Source of the DNA: Rhodothermales bacterium
GTDB lineage: Bacteria > Bacteroidota > Rhodothermia > Rhodothermales > DATKEJ01
Assembly: GCA_965222505.1 (NCBI GenBank)
Contig: OZ244956.1
Location: forward strand, 3,412,674-3,476,673
DNA length: 64,000 nt
Direction of reading: 5' to 3'
Shown: piece by piece, positions 40,816 through 51,110 of the stretch
Numbering within the stretch: the first letter of the stretch is position 1
Layout: the number at the start of each line of letters is the position of its first letter
Translations under genes and position numbers: made by a program
Notes under the pieces: generated by a model
Databases searched by the model: none
Told to the model about the DNA's origin: nothing
The model's input: the letters and a program-made list of their open reading frames with translations, nothing else

Positions 40816-41730
40816 TCAGGCTCCCGTTTGCAACCGGATTTTCATGGAAATATCGAGGGCGGTGACGGAATGCGTCAGGGCACCTGAGGAGATGAAATCC
40901 ACACCGGTGGCGGCAATGGCGGGTACGGTGCCGAGGGTGACGTTGCCGGAGGCTTCGGTGGCGATGCGTCCGTCAATGCGCTGAACGGCCTCTTGCAACA
41001 TCGAGGTGTCCAGGGTGCCGTCTTCCTGCATCTGGGCCATATTGTCCAGCAAGACCCTTTCGATGTTACCGTTGGTTTCGGCCCATACGTCCAGCACTTC
41101 GTCTACCTCATCCAGCGTTCGGGTTTCGATTTCGATGTAGAGGGTGGGGCGGTCCTGCTGGATGCGGTATGCCTGTGCCGCTCGAATGGCCGGGCGGATG
41201 CCCCCGGCTGCTGCAATGTGGTTGTCCTTGATGAGGATCATGTCGAACAGCCCGATGCGGTGGTTTTTGCCCCCACCGAGAGCCACAGCGGCCTTGTCCA
41301 GGTACCGGAGGCCGGGCACGGTTTTGCGGGTGTCCAGGATGCGGGTGGGGTGTGGGCCGACGGCATCCACCATGCGCCGCGTTGCGGTAGCAATCCCGCT
41401 CATGCGCTGCATCAGGTTCAGGGCCAGCCGTTCCCCTATGAGTAGTGCACGGGCTGGCCCGGTAACGGTGCCGAATGTAGTGCCGGTGGTCACGGCATCG
41501 CCATCCTGTTGCGTCCAGGTGATCTCAACGGCAGGATCCATGAGGGCAAATACGCGCTCGGCAACCTGCAATCCGGCCAGTACACCATCGGCTTTGGCGA
41601 GGAAATAGGCGGTGGCCTGGGTTTCGGAGGGGATGGTGGCTTCGGTGGTGACGTCGCCGGTGCCCAGGTCTTCATCAAGGGCCTGCCGAAGCAGCCGGTT
41701 TAGATGGTGGGCATCAATGGTGAGGGGCAT
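40816..41730 (-). CDS. nadC: Nicotinate-nucleotide diphosphorylase (carboxylating) / quinolinate phosphoribosyltransferase
   Basis: LRQALDEDLGTGDVTT, GERLALNLMQRMSGIATAT, ILDTRKTVPGLR, GGGKNHRIGLFDMILIKDNHI. Confidence 0.93.
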   Translation of the reverse strand: MPLTIDAHHLNRLLRQALDEDLGTGDVTTEATIPSETQATAYFLAKADGVLAGLQVAERVFALMDPAVEITWTQQDGDAVTTGTTFGTVTGPARALLIGERLALNLMQRMSGIATATRRMVDAVGPHPTRILDTRKTVPGLRYLDKAAVALGGGKNHRIGLFDMILIKDNHIAAAGGIRPAIRAAQAYRIQQDRPTLYIEIETRTLDEVDEVLDVWAETNGNIERVLLDNMAQMQEDGTLDTSMLQEAVQRIDGRIATEASGNVTLGTVPAIAATGVDFISSGALTHSVTALDISMKIRLQTGA

Positions 41731-41732
41731 AC

Positions 41733-42161
41733 CTATTGGGCAAGAAAAGCAGATTCAAAAACGGATTTTATCATGTCCGGGATGCGGACCGGGCGGCGGC
41801 GTTTGACGTCCACAAAACACAAGGTCACTCGTCCCTCAACCAACAGTTTGGGTTCAGGCACACCGTTGACCATCCGCCGCACTTCATAGTCGATGGGAAT
41901 GCGCACCGTTGGCATTTCGGGGAAAAGGCATTTGATTTGCAACTCATCATCATACAACCCTGAGCCGTGGTATTTCAGGCGTACGTCGGTGACGGGCATG
42001 ACGATGCCTGCATCTTCAACCGCTTTATAGGGGAGGCCGAACGAACGCAGGGCTTCGGTACGGGCGGCTTCGAAAAAGTCCAGGTAATGCGTATGGTACA
42101 CCACCCGCATGGGATCGCATTCACGGTAGCGCACCCGGTGGTAGTACATGTACGTGAGCAT
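41733..42161 (-). CDS. Acyl-CoA thioesterase (4HBT/YbgC family)
   Basis: HRVRYRECDPMRVVYHTHYLDFFEAARTEALRSFGLPYKAVEDAGIVMPV. Confidence 0.85.
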   Translation of the reverse strand: MLTYMYYHRVRYRECDPMRVVYHTHYLDFFEAARTEALRSFGLPYKAVEDAGIVMPVTDVRLKYHGSGLYDDELQIKCLFPEMPTVRIPIDYEVRRMVNGVPEPKLLVEGRVTLCFVDVKRRRPVRIPDMIKSVFESAFLAQ

Positions 42162-42167
42162 GGCCGC

Positions 42168-43160
42168 TTAGGTCATCGGGTTTTCAGCTTCCTGCCATGC
42201 GCCCATACGCTCAAACTTGAGCAGGCGCTCCTGAATCAGGGCCGCTCCGCTCAGGTCATCAAGGGCTGCTAGTGCATCGGCGATGGCCTGGCCGGTGTGG
42301 GCAAAGGCCGTTTTAGGATTGCGGTGTGCCCCGCCGGTGGGTTCTTCAACAATCTGGTCGATGATGCCGGTTTGAATGAGGTCAGACGCGGTTAGTTTGA
42401 GGGCGCTTGCGGCCTGCTCCTTATAATCCCAGGAGCGCCACAGAATCGAAGAGCAGCTTTCCGGGGAAATCACAGAGTACCAGGTGTTCTCCAACATCAG
42501 AATACGGTCGCCTACGGCAATGCCCAACGCGCCGCCCGAAGCACCCTCGCCAATGATGACAACGATGATGGGTACGGGATAACCGGCCATCTCCATGAGG
42601 TTGCGGGCAATGGCTTCAGCTTGCCCTCGCTCTTCGGCTTCGAGGCCGGGGTAGGCTCCGGGGGTATCCAGAAAGGTGATGATCGGCTTGTTAAACTTGG
42701 CGGCCATTTGCATCAGCCGACGGGCTTTCCGGTAGCCCTCCGGGTTGGGCATACCGAAGCGCCGTTTCTTTCGGCTCTTGGTGTCTCGGCCTTTCTGGTG
42801 GCCGATGACCATCACCGTCCGGTTGCGGTAGCCATACTGCTGGCCCCGAAACTGGGCCGGGCCCCCGACGATGGCCGGGTCGTCTCCGTAGAGCCGGTCT
42901 CCGTGGAGTTCCACAAACCCACGTGTGAGCGCACTGATGTAATCCAGCGTATAGGGCCGCTCGGGGTGCCGGGCAATCTGAACCCGTTGCCACCGGGTGA
43001 GGTTGGCATAGATTGAAACACGAAGGGACTCCAGCCGATGCTCCAGGTCGTCGATTTTTTCGGACAAATCGACGGCGGCATCGGCATGGTCCAGCGCTCG
43101 CATTTCATGCAGCTTCTGCTCCAGCTCAACCAGGGGCTTTTCAAAATCGAGTAGGTACAT
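42168..43160 (-). CDS. accA: Acetyl-CoA carboxylase carboxyltransferase subunit alpha
   Basis: [68 protein letters not shown] 43160. Confidence 0.93.
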   Translation of the reverse strand: MYLLDFEKPLVELEQKLHEMRALDHADAAVDLSEKIDDLEHRLESLRVSIYANLTRWQRVQIARHPERPYTLDYISALTRGFVELHGDRLYGDDPAIVGGPAQFRGQQYGYRNRTVMVIGHQKGRDTKSRKKRRFGMPNPEGYRKARRLMQMAAKFNKPIITFLDTPGAYPGLEAEERGQAEAIARNLMEMAGYPVPIIVVIIGEGASGGALGIAVGDRILMLENTWYSVISPESCSSILWRSWDYKEQAASALKLTASDLIQTGIIDQIVEEPTGGAHRNPKTAFAHTGQAIADALAALDDLSGAALIQERLLKFERMGAWQEAENPMT

Positions 43161-43243
43161 GCGCGTGTGGACATCAGGAAAAAGGGACGGGGAAGATACG
43201 GCGGGATGGGGGGAATGAAAAGCAGAAAAGGCACACCGCACAT

Positions 43244-45208
43244 CTACGGCATTTGTGCTTGTTGTCCGTTGGCCGGTAGCCAGACATTGAGAAAATCAAA
43301 CGCCGTGGGGCTGCCGTTCATGTCAAAATCACCACTATGGTAACCCGAAGGCCCACCATTGACCGGCAACCACACGTTCAAGAAATCAAAGGCCGTCACC
43401 GCACCACTCACATCGCCGTCACCCCCCCAAAGCGTGAACCAACCCCCTCGATCCCGCATGGCCGCTCCCCCTCCCGTGTAGGCCTGCGCCAGACCCGTAC
43501 CAAAATCATAGCTGCCCACCACTTCATCCCACTTCACATAGACCGGACGAGACGACATGACCGCCAGGTGGTTCCGGTGGTGTACGGCCACATAGTACCA
43601 GCCCGGATCGACCTTGATCGCGGTGAACCCCACATCGGGCTCAAAAAGCAAACCGTTGGCATTGAGGGCATAGATCCTGCGAAACTTCAGGCTCGGCCCC
43701 CCGGCATCGATGAGGCCGCCTTGCAGGAAGTCGACGTAGACCCAGTCGACCATCTCCGGCGGAATGGTGGTCATGCTCACGTTGCCGGGGATGTTCCATG
43801 GGGGGGCGCTGTAGGGTTGTGTGAGCGGAATTTGGCCGGCCGTGTTGAGGTCTGTGTGCATGGCCCCGGTGGTGTAGGCACCGTCGAGGAGGACCTTGAG
43901 GGCAAAGGTGCTGGCAAGGCCGGTAGCGCCGAGTTCGTTGGCCCCGATGTCGCATCCGTCGTCGGCATCAGCGAAGGCGGCGATGTCCTTGGGTCTGAGG
44001 GGAGTGCTGGTGTTTCCTGCGGTTCCGCGCTGGTCGTGTTTTTGGCCGAGGCAGCTACCCATGTCGATGACGGTGTTGGGAGTGATGGTCGTTGTAGGGG
44101 GATGGGTGTGTGTGGGTCCTGCGTTGTCTTGCAAGGCATCGATGTTGGCCACGAGGGGAGCTGCAGCGGTGCCGACGTAGTCGTTGTTGGCATTCGGATT
44201 GCCTGTTGGGAAGTATGTGGTTCCGCTATTGTTAATGCCGATGAGGTTGTACCCAAAGGATGTAAACGTCGCACCTGGATATATAAGGGCGTCTGGATGG
44301 TTATTCCCGCCCAGGTCGAAGTTACCGGCGACGATGTTGTTCTGCATCTTCAAATCGTAGTTGGTGGTGATGCCTGCAAAAAGACCTCCACCACCTGCCC
44401 CCCCTCCAGTGTTGTTGGTAATCGTCGTGTGGCTGATATCCAGGGTGTGACCATTGATGCCCTGGAAATAGATGCCTCCTCCGGCACCATCTGCGCTGTT
44501 GCCGCTCAACGTTGAGCGCCGAATCGTCACACTGCCCTCGGCGGCATATAGCCCTCCTCCCAAATTCGATACGCCCCCTGTTGCTGTATTGCCGGAAATG
44601 GTGCTCTCCAGGATGACCAGGCTTGTGCCTGTTGTGGTGAAGATTCCCCCACCACGGCGGGCCATATTGCCGGTGACGCTCACCCGTTCCAGTCTCAGGT
44701 TACCACCCGCAATGCCGCCGCCATTCGTTGAGGCGATGTTGCCCGTAATGACGGCATCGGATACGGTAAGCAAACCGGAGACGTTTTCTGCATCAATGCC
44801 ACCGCCACGGAGGGGGGTATCTCCCCCGGTGATCGTGACACCACTGAGCGTGAAAAACTGAGGGCTGCCTGCCGTATCCTCAAACTCGATCACCGAGCCC
44901 AGAGTGTTTCCATCAATGGTCAAAAGCGCTGCCCCCGGCCCGATGATGTTGGTGTCGTGTTCGACCTTGGGCAAGGTGTTAATCAGTGTGATCGTGCCCG
45001 TTTTGGCGAAGAAGATGTCGTCGGCATTCAGGGGGTCTCCAGCCGGGCAGGCATCGACGGGTGTGTTGGTGTTGGCCGCCAGGATGGCCTCACGCAGGTT
45101 GCAGGAGCCGTTGGCCGTGTTGGTATCGTCGGTGAGGTGGGTGACCCAGATCGTTTGGGCCGAGGCCGGGGTGCTCAGGATTAGAAGCAGGCAGAGGAGG
45201 CGTCGCAT
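43244..45208 (-). CDS. Secreted right-handed beta-helix protein: CSLREA-type N-terminus, Pmp-like GGGI/GGGL repeats, two C-terminal dockerin-like repeats
   Basis: Signal peptide. [14 protein letters not shown]. Repeated GGGIDA/GGGIAG/GGGIFT/GGGLYA/GGGIYF. C-terminus [23 protein letters not shown] / [23 protein letters not shown]. Confidence 0.65.
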   Translation of the reverse strand: MRRLLCLLLILSTPASAQTIWVTHLTDDTNTANGSCNLREAILAANTNTPVDACPAGDPLNADDIFFAKTGTITLINTLPKVEHDTNIIGPGAALLTIDGNTLGSVIEFEDTAGSPQFFTLSGVTITGGDTPLRGGGIDAENVSGLLTVSDAVITGNIASTNGGGIAGGNLRLERVSVTGNMARRGGGIFTTTGTSLVILESTISGNTATGGVSNLGGGLYAAEGSVTIRRSTLSGNSADGAGGGIYFQGINGHTLDISHTTITNNTGGGAGGGGLFAGITTNYDLKMQNNIVAGNFDLGGNNHPDALIYPGATFTSFGYNLIGINNSGTTYFPTGNPNANNDYVGTAAAPLVANIDALQDNAGPTHTHPPTTTITPNTVIDMGSCLGQKHDQRGTAGNTSTPLRPKDIAAFADADDGCDIGANELGATGLASTFALKVLLDGAYTTGAMHTDLNTAGQIPLTQPYSAPPWNIPGNVSMTTIPPEMVDWVYVDFLQGGLIDAGGPSLKFRRIYALNANGLLFEPDVGFTAIKVDPGWYYVAVHHRNHLAVMSSRPVYVKWDEVVGSYDFGTGLAQAYTGGGAAMRDRGGWFTLWGGDGDVSGAVTAFDFLNVWLPVNGGPSGYHSGDFDMNGSPTAFDFLNVWLPANGQQAQMP

Positions 45209-45231
45209 ATCGGTACAGGTTCGTTTGGATC

Positions 45232-45258
45232 ATCCCTCGGTCTTGGGTGGCGAGGGAT
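45232..45258. other. Hairpin between the GT2 gene end and the beta-helix gene start
   Basis: ATCCCTCG-gtcttgggtgg-CGAGGGAT, an 8-bp perfect stem. Confidence 0.3.
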
Positions 45259-45284
45259 CACGGTATGCCTGATTGGCGACAAAG

Positions 45285-47432
45285 TCAAGGTAAACTGGAC
45301 ATGGAGGGAATATGCCGCATAAGTATTTTTAGATCCAACCCGGCAGACTGATGTTGGGCGTATTCCCAGTAGGCGCGGCGGAGTGCGGTCTCGTCCATGG
45401 ACTCAGCGGCGGGGACCACGGGAAACACGCCGGGGCGTAATTCCCATTCTTCTGGTGGACGGTAGGCATGATCGGCATCGTAGCCGACGAGTGTCTTTCG
45501 CCCGGTCAAAACCTTGGGCAACTGGGCGGCACAGGCTTTCAGGCGAGCGAAACGTGGGCCACCGGGTACACGGGCCAGCACGGCCAACATCGGATACAAA
45601 AGCAGCCCCAAAATGGCAATGGGCCAGGAGACCAACCGCCGCGTCCAGGCACTCCGGGGCAAGTGTATGGTTTGCTCGGCCTCCACCAGCGATGGTCCCC
45701 CGAGATCCCCGATGTACGCTTTGCCGATCACATACTGCTGGTCTTCGGGTAACATCTTGAACTCGACGGGCAGATCCTGCAGGTTGTGCATGGCCTGAAA
45801 GATCAACTCATTCGGGAGCCGCCCGGCTGTAAAGATCACATCGTCAATGTGCCGAAGCCGAACGATGTCTCGCAACTGATCCAGATGGCCCAGCAGGGCC
45901 AGAGTCTGGACTTTGCTCTTCGGCTTCGCCTCTGTAGAGGTCGGCGGGATATAGCCGATCAGGTCAAAGGGAGGTTGCGGCATCGATTGCAAGTGGCGTT
46001 GCAACCGCCGAACATCGGCGCGTGCCCCGATGAGCAGGGCTTGCCGAAGGCCGATGCGGCGTTCGGTGCGTTCGCGCCGGATCCACCGGAAGATCAACAG
46101 GCCGATGGCAACGGTCAGAAAGCCAAACAGGACCACCGCACGGGAGTAGGCCACGGATTTGACAAAGAACGAAAAGGTCGTGACCAGCAGGAACGCGATG
46201 CCCACACCGGCAATCACCGGCTGAAAGGTTCGGCGTACCCGTCGGCGGTACCCGCCGGCCAGCCCAATGCACCCTACAATGATGAGCGCATAGGCCGGCG
46301 CCACGGCATAATAGAAAAAGGGCGCAAAGGAGAAGTTGATCGGCAAGGATCGGATTTTGGCGACCACCATGATGACCAGGCATGCAAGGAGGCCCTCCCA
46401 GAACGGGATACGCAGCCGACGTACCGTGTTCGCCATGACGGTTTGGGCCGCACGGAGCAGAATGCCGGTGTGCAGGGTGGCCGCAAATAGTTTCGAGTAG
46501 CGGTCGTGGAAGTGTTTTTGGACGAACTGGATCATGGCCCCGTAAAAGAGGCGCACGTAGCGCAACTCGCCCCGTTTGGTGCTTTCGCCTTTGTAGTGGA
46601 TGATCTGGGTATCCGGCGTGTAGTAAATTTTCCAGCCTGCCTCTTTGATGCGGAAGCACCAGTCCAGGTCTTCACCGTACATGAAAAAGTCTTCGTCAAA
46701 CAATCCGGCTCCGCCGGGCGGTGCCTGTGGTGGGGTAGCGGATTCGGCATCGGAAGATTCCCAATCGAACCGGGGATGATCGGCGTTGCGGTATAAGGCG
46801 GCGCGGCGGACCATCATACAACTCCCGCTGAGGGCATCCACCTCGGCCACCTGATCGATGGGCAGATAGGTCATGTTGTACCGCCCGAACCGCTTGCTTT
46901 TGGGAAAAAGCCGACTCAGGCCGCTGATGCGGTAGAAGGCCACCTCCGGGGTCGGGAAGGCCCGGCGGCTTTCGCGGGCAAAGGTCCCGTCCGGGTTCAG
47001 GATGCGGCATCCTGTGGCTCCGGCATCCGGGTGGGCCTCCATGAAGTCGATCATGGTGGTGAAGGAATCTTCCTGAACGATGGTGTCCGGATTGAGGATC
47101 ATCAGGTACCGACCCCGCGCCTGCCGGATGGCCTGGTTATTGGCCCTGCCAAAGCCCACATTGTCGGTATTGGCAATAACGTGTACGTCCGGGTACATCG
47201 TTCGTACCATGTCTACGGAGCCGTCGGCGGAGTTGTTGTCCACCACAAACACTTCCATTGTGAGGCCGTTTCCTGCCCGCAGCACGGAGTCCAGCGCCTG
47301 CTTCAAGAACTCCTGCACGTTGTAATTCACAATCACCACCGACAGGTCCAGGACCGGGGCTTCCGTAGCAACCGGAGATTGAGGGGGCGATGTGGGGGAA
47401 GCGAAGGGCAATCTTGAATGGTCAATGGTCAA
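45285..47432 (-). CDS. Family 2 glycosyltransferase fused to a polytopic membrane / WcaJ-like CoA-binding-type region
   Basis: N-terminus LSVVIVNYN...VVDNNSADGS...GFGRANNQAI...LNPD (GT2). Then ~5 TM and LIGARADVRRL...DLIGYI...IDDVIFTAG. The start is uncertain: there is no in-frame ATG, and the candidates are TTG 47432 or TTG 47411, both in or next to a heptamer array. Confidence 0.7.
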   Translation of the reverse strand: MTIDHSRLPFASPTSPPQSPVATEAPVLDLSVVIVNYNVQEFLKQALDSVLRAGNGLTMEVFVVDNNSADGSVDMVRTMYPDVHVIANTDNVGFGRANNQAIRQARGRYLMILNPDTIVQEDSFTTMIDFMEAHPDAGATGCRILNPDGTFARESRRAFPTPEVAFYRISGLSRLFPKSKRFGRYNMTYLPIDQVAEVDALSGSCMMVRRAALYRNADHPRFDWESSDAESATPPQAPPGGAGLFDEDFFMYGEDLDWCFRIKEAGWKIYYTPDTQIIHYKGESTKRGELRYVRLFYGAMIQFVQKHFHDRYSKLFAATLHTGILLRAAQTVMANTVRRLRIPFWEGLLACLVIMVVAKIRSLPINFSFAPFFYYAVAPAYALIIVGCIGLAGGYRRRVRRTFQPVIAGVGIAFLLVTTFSFFVKSVAYSRAVVLFGFLTVAIGLLIFRWIRRERTERRIGLRQALLIGARADVRRLQRHLQSMPQPPFDLIGYIPPTSTEAKPKSKVQTLALLGHLDQLRDIVRLRHIDDVIFTAGRLPNELIFQAMHNLQDLPVEFKMLPEDQQYVIGKAYIGDLGGPSLVEAEQTIHLPRSAWTRRLVSWPIAILGLLLYPMLAVLARVPGGPRFARLKACAAQLPKVLTGRKTLVGYDADHAYRPPEEWELRPGVFPVVPAAESMDETALRRAYWEYAQHQSAGLDLKILMRHIPSMSSLP

Positions 47433-47498
47433 TGGTCAATGGTCAATTGTCAATTTGTCTTTTCATTGACCATTGACAATCGACAATCGACAATTGAC
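47417..47498 (+). repeat. (AATGGTC)x4 + degenerate units, loop, inverted (CATTGAC/AATCGAC/AATTGAC)x5: long heptamer hairpin in the GT2-MATE divergent region
   Basis: Four perfect AATGGTC units at 47417-47444, then AATTGTC. Right arm 47464-47498. GTCAATG/CATTGAC are complementary unit by unit. Confidence 0.9.
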
Positions 47499-47548
47499 TA
47501 TTCTCAAAAGTTATGTGCTGATTCCATAGTATATAAACCAAAAACCCG

Positions 47549-48919
47549 GTGTTACCCAAACAGAAGAAAGTCGCAACCGAAATCCGGCAGGCTTTGTTGT
47601 TGTCCGGGCCGCTGGTCTTGGCTCAACTCGCTCAGGTCTCGTTGGGTTTCATCGACACGGTGATGGTGGGGCGGTTGGGAGGGCTCAGCCTTGCCGGGGT
47701 GGCCCTCGGAAGTGCGGTGTTTTTTCCATTGTTTCTGATCTGTATGGGGTTCATTGCAGCGGTCAGTCCGATGGTATCGCAATCCTTCGGAGCCGGGCGT
47801 GAAGCGGAAATCGGGCCGACGGTCCGGCAAGGCTTATGGTTGGCCACGATGCTGGCTGTTTTGTCCCTGATGTTGGTCTTTAACGTGGAGCCGTTGTTGC
47901 GGGGGATGGGACAGGAAGACGAGGTGGTTGATCTCGCAACGGGCTATTTGCATGCCATCGCCTGGGGATTCCCACCGGCCCTCTGGCTGGCGGTGCTTCG
48001 GAATTTTCTGGAAGGGCTGGCCCGTCCTCGCCCGGTCATGGTGATCGCGTTCATCGGTGTGGGCATTAATATCATCGCCGATTATACCCTGATGTTCGGC
48101 AAGTTCGGGTTTCCGGCGCTTGGGGTGGTCGGGACGGGTTGGGCATCCACGGCGGTCTTCTGGGGCATGTTCATCGCGGCCGTCCTTTACATCCGAAGCC
48201 AGGGCGCATTGCGGCATTATGGGGTGTTTACCCGGTTGGGCCGGCCGGATCCCACGGTGTTCCGTGATCTGTTTCGGATTGGGTGGCCCATCGGTGTGAT
48301 GTTCGGGATCGAGGTCGGGTTGTTTGCGGCCACGGCCATGTTGATGGGCCTGCTGGGGCCGAATGTGTTAGCGAGCCACCAGATCGCCATTCAATGTGCA
48401 GCCTTTACGTTTATGGTGCCTGTCGGGTTGGCCCTGGCCACCACGGTGCGTGTGGGGCAAGCCATCGGACGGGAAGACGTGCGGGGTGCGCGTCGGGCCG
48501 GATACGTGGGCATGGGGCTCGGCCTTGTTTTCATGTCCATTACGGCCCTTTGTTTCTGGCTCATCCCACAGCCCATTGTGGCGCTGTACATCAACACCTC
48601 AACCAACCCTGAGGTCACCCGGATGGCTGTGGCTTTGCTGGGGATCGCTGCCTTTTTTCAAGTCTTCGACGGGTTACAGGTCACCGCCGCCGGGGCCTTA
48701 CGGGGCCTCAAGGATACCCGTATCCCGATGTTGGTAGGCTTGGTGACCTACTGGGGCATCGGTATGACCTCGGGTTATTTCCTCGGTTTTCATTGGGGAT
48801 GGGGCGGCAAGGGCCTGTGGTGGGGTCTCGTGCTGGGCCTGGCCAGTGCCGGTCTCTTGCTCCTCTGGCGGTTCAAGGTCCGCATCACCCGATTGGCCCG
48901 CATGGAGGTGGTCGATTAG
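47549..48919 (+). CDS. MATE family efflux transporter
   Basis: 12-TM profile. LLLSGPLVLAQLAQVSLGFIDTVMVGRLG, ALRGLKDTRIPM. GTG start at 47549. Confidence 0.85.
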   Translation: MLPKQKKVATEIRQALLLSGPLVLAQLAQVSLGFIDTVMVGRLGGLSLAGVALGSAVFFPLFLICMGFIAAVSPMVSQSFGAGREAEIGPTVRQGLWLATMLAVLSLMLVFNVEPLLRGMGQEDEVVDLATGYLHAIAWGFPPALWLAVLRNFLEGLARPRPVMVIAFIGVGINIIADYTLMFGKFGFPALGVVGTGWASTAVFWGMFIAAVLYIRSQGALRHYGVFTRLGRPDPTVFRDLFRIGWPIGVMFGIEVGLFAATAMLMGLLGPNVLASHQIAIQCAAFTFMVPVGLALATTVRVGQAIGREDVRGARRAGYVGMGLGLVFMSITALCFWLIPQPIVALYINTSTNPEVTRMAVALLGIAAFFQVFDGLQVTAAGALRGLKDTRIPMLVGLVTYWGIGMTSGYFLGFHWGWGGKGLWWGLVLGLASAGLLLLWRFKVRITRLARMEVVD

Positions 48920-48930
48920 GGTGGCCTTTT

Positions 48931-49758
48931 TTATGCTGTAAGTTTCGTCCCGTTTTCCAGGCGTACAGCCATCCAGCGGTGGGGAATACGAATCCCCGCC
49001 TCGTCAAATTTCGTCTTGATGAACTCAGACACATCGAACACCACATCTTCCCGATCCTTGGCTGCCACCGTTACTTCTAGCTGCAACTGCACCCCAACCT
49101 CATCCAGCGCCCGAATCTGAATCTCTGCGGGCGGCTCGGGTATGATTCGTTCGGAGGAGGAGGCCGCTTCATTCAGAATGGCTTTTACACGGGGATAGTC
49201 AGCGGCATGGTCAATGGTGATCGGAATCTCGACCCGCACGAATCCTTGCCGGGAATAATTGATGATGGTGCCGCTGGTCACTTCAGAGTTGGGGAGAATA
49301 ACCGTCTCATTATCTAGCGTAATCAGCACCGTACTGATCAACTGGATTTTCTCTACTTGCCCCTCATGGTCCCCGACGCTGATCCAATCGCCCACGCGAA
49401 TCGGCCGAAAAAAAGTAATCATCACCCCGGCAGCAAAATTGGATAGCGCACCTTCCATCGCCAGCCCCACCGCGAGGCCGGTTGCGCCCAACAGGGCCAC
49501 AAAGGACGTGGTTTCTACACCGATATTGCTGAGGGCAGCCAGAATGATAAAAGCCAGCAACAAATAGTAGACGACGTTGGCCACAAAATGTTGAAGCGTG
49601 CGTTCCAGCGAACTTTTTTCAAGGGCACGTCCAATGAAACGGCTCATCAGGCGGGCAATCCATCGGCCCACGATAAAAATTGCAATGGAACCCAGGATGC
49701 GCATACCGAACTGACTGATCAATTCGCCGACCTGGGTAAAAATCTGTTGGAAGTCCAT
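48931..49758 (-). CDS. Mechanosensitive ion channel (MscS family) protein
   Basis: Three N-terminal TMs, then FRPIRVGDWISVGDHEGQVEKIQLISTVLITLDNETVILPNSEV. Confidence 0.88.
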   Translation of the reverse strand: MDFQQIFTQVGELISQFGMRILGSIAIFIVGRWIARLMSRFIGRALEKSSLERTLQHFVANVVYYLLLAFIILAALSNIGVETTSFVALLGATGLAVGLAMEGALSNFAAGVMITFFRPIRVGDWISVGDHEGQVEKIQLISTVLITLDNETVILPNSEVTSGTIINYSRQGFVRVEIPITIDHAADYPRVKAILNEAASSSERIIPEPPAEIQIRALDEVGVQLQLEVTVAAKDREDVVFDVSEFIKTKFDEAGIRIPHRWMAVRLENGTKLTA

Positions 49759-49761
49759 AAA

Positions 49762-50931
49762 TTATGCGGGGGTTGAGGGGTGCATAAGATGTATAGCGCG
49801 TACCGCCAGCAAAACGGCCACGGGGAGGGCTGCCGACGGGAGTACCTGCGGCCACATCGCCCAGCCGATGACGGCAATGCCGGTCACGACAGCGGTGAGC
49901 AGCCAGTAATAGCGGAACCACGTTGGCGGTTGTTTCCTGAACAGAATCCAGGCTGCGAGGGTGTGCATTGGCCAGGCCCATAGCAGGTTCCAGTTGGGGC
50001 CGGTCACGACGTGTTCGGTGCCGAGCCACAGGAAGGCCATCAGCAGGCCCATCAGTCCGGTCAATCCAAACAGCAACACATCCCACAGGCGGGGTATGGT
50101 ACGCCCTTTCAGCATAGCACGAATTGTCAACAATAGCAAGATGCCTGCGCCCAGCATAAGAACCCAGGACGGCCAGGGGAGGGCCGGTTTCTGCCAAAAG
50201 GAAGGGTCCGCCCAATAAAGGGTATCGGTGCGCGCCACGAGGGGCATTCCGGTTTCGCCGTTCAGCACACGGGCTTCGTCAAGCGCGTGCATCAGGTGGA
50301 GGGGCAAAAACCGAGTTTCCTGGCGGGTGGCGAGCCGGTCCACAGGGGCACCCAGAATCAGGTTGATACCGAAGTGGGTCCACGGCTGGTTTTCCAGGTA
50401 GGGAGCCAGGAGTTGCCGGAAGGATTCCGTTGGGGGTGCGGCATCATCAAACCGGAGGGCCGGACCCAGGGTGGCGGCCAGAACGTCTCGTGGGCGGGTT
50501 GAGCAGTTGTCGAAAAAAAAGTCGTACCGGTAGGCGCGGTTTTCGGGTAGGTAATTGGTTTCGAGGGCGGCAAACAGGTTGTTCTTTTGGGGAGCCGACA
50601 GGTTCAATACCTGCTCAATCATGGACCGGCCGCGTTGGGTATACAGCCGAAACGACGGTACCGTAGGTGGGCGCGAGAGCATATAGTCCAGTTGCCCCCG
50701 GAGGAATTTGACATAAAATCCCTTGGTCTCGAAATCGAACGTCCCGTAGTTGTACGTCATATCCAGGTTCAAGGCCGGGTCTCGTACCCGGAAGGCCGTG
50801 TGTCCATATGCTGAGTACAAGGCATGGCCGGGGTAGACGGTGAGCAGGGAGACCTCGGCCTCAGGGGAAAGCGTCGGTTGGGCAAGACCAATGGCCGGCA
50901 GGATAAGGAGGAACAAGAGCAAAAATCGCAT
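49762..50931 (-). CDS. DUF4105 (Lnb N-terminal domain) membrane protein
   Basis: VSLLTVYPGHALYSAYGHTAFRV...YNYGTFDF (DUF4105), followed by ~5 C-terminal TMs. Confidence 0.7.
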   Translation of the reverse strand: MRFLLLFLLILPAIGLAQPTLSPEAEVSLLTVYPGHALYSAYGHTAFRVRDPALNLDMTYNYGTFDFETKGFYVKFLRGQLDYMLSRPPTVPSFRLYTQRGRSMIEQVLNLSAPQKNNLFAALETNYLPENRAYRYDFFFDNCSTRPRDVLAATLGPALRFDDAAPPTESFRQLLAPYLENQPWTHFGINLILGAPVDRLATRQETRFLPLHLMHALDEARVLNGETGMPLVARTDTLYWADPSFWQKPALPWPSWVLMLGAGILLLLTIRAMLKGRTIPRLWDVLLFGLTGLMGLLMAFLWLGTEHVVTGPNWNLLWAWPMHTLAAWILFRKQPPTWFRYYWLLTAVVTGIAVIGWAMWPQVLPSAALPVAVLLAVRAIHLMHPSTPA

Positions 50932-51110
50932 GTCCCAAAGATAATCGACACCGGCATAAAAAAACCCGGAACGACGGCAAATTGACAGGGTATAGCCTTA
51001 AACTTATCTGCTGATGCTACGCCGCTTGTCGTTGATGTTGTGCAATACGGCAAGGTCGAATGGGCCAAGAGGGCGTAACAGGACTTATCTATCCAGAACC
51101 TATTTCCTGC

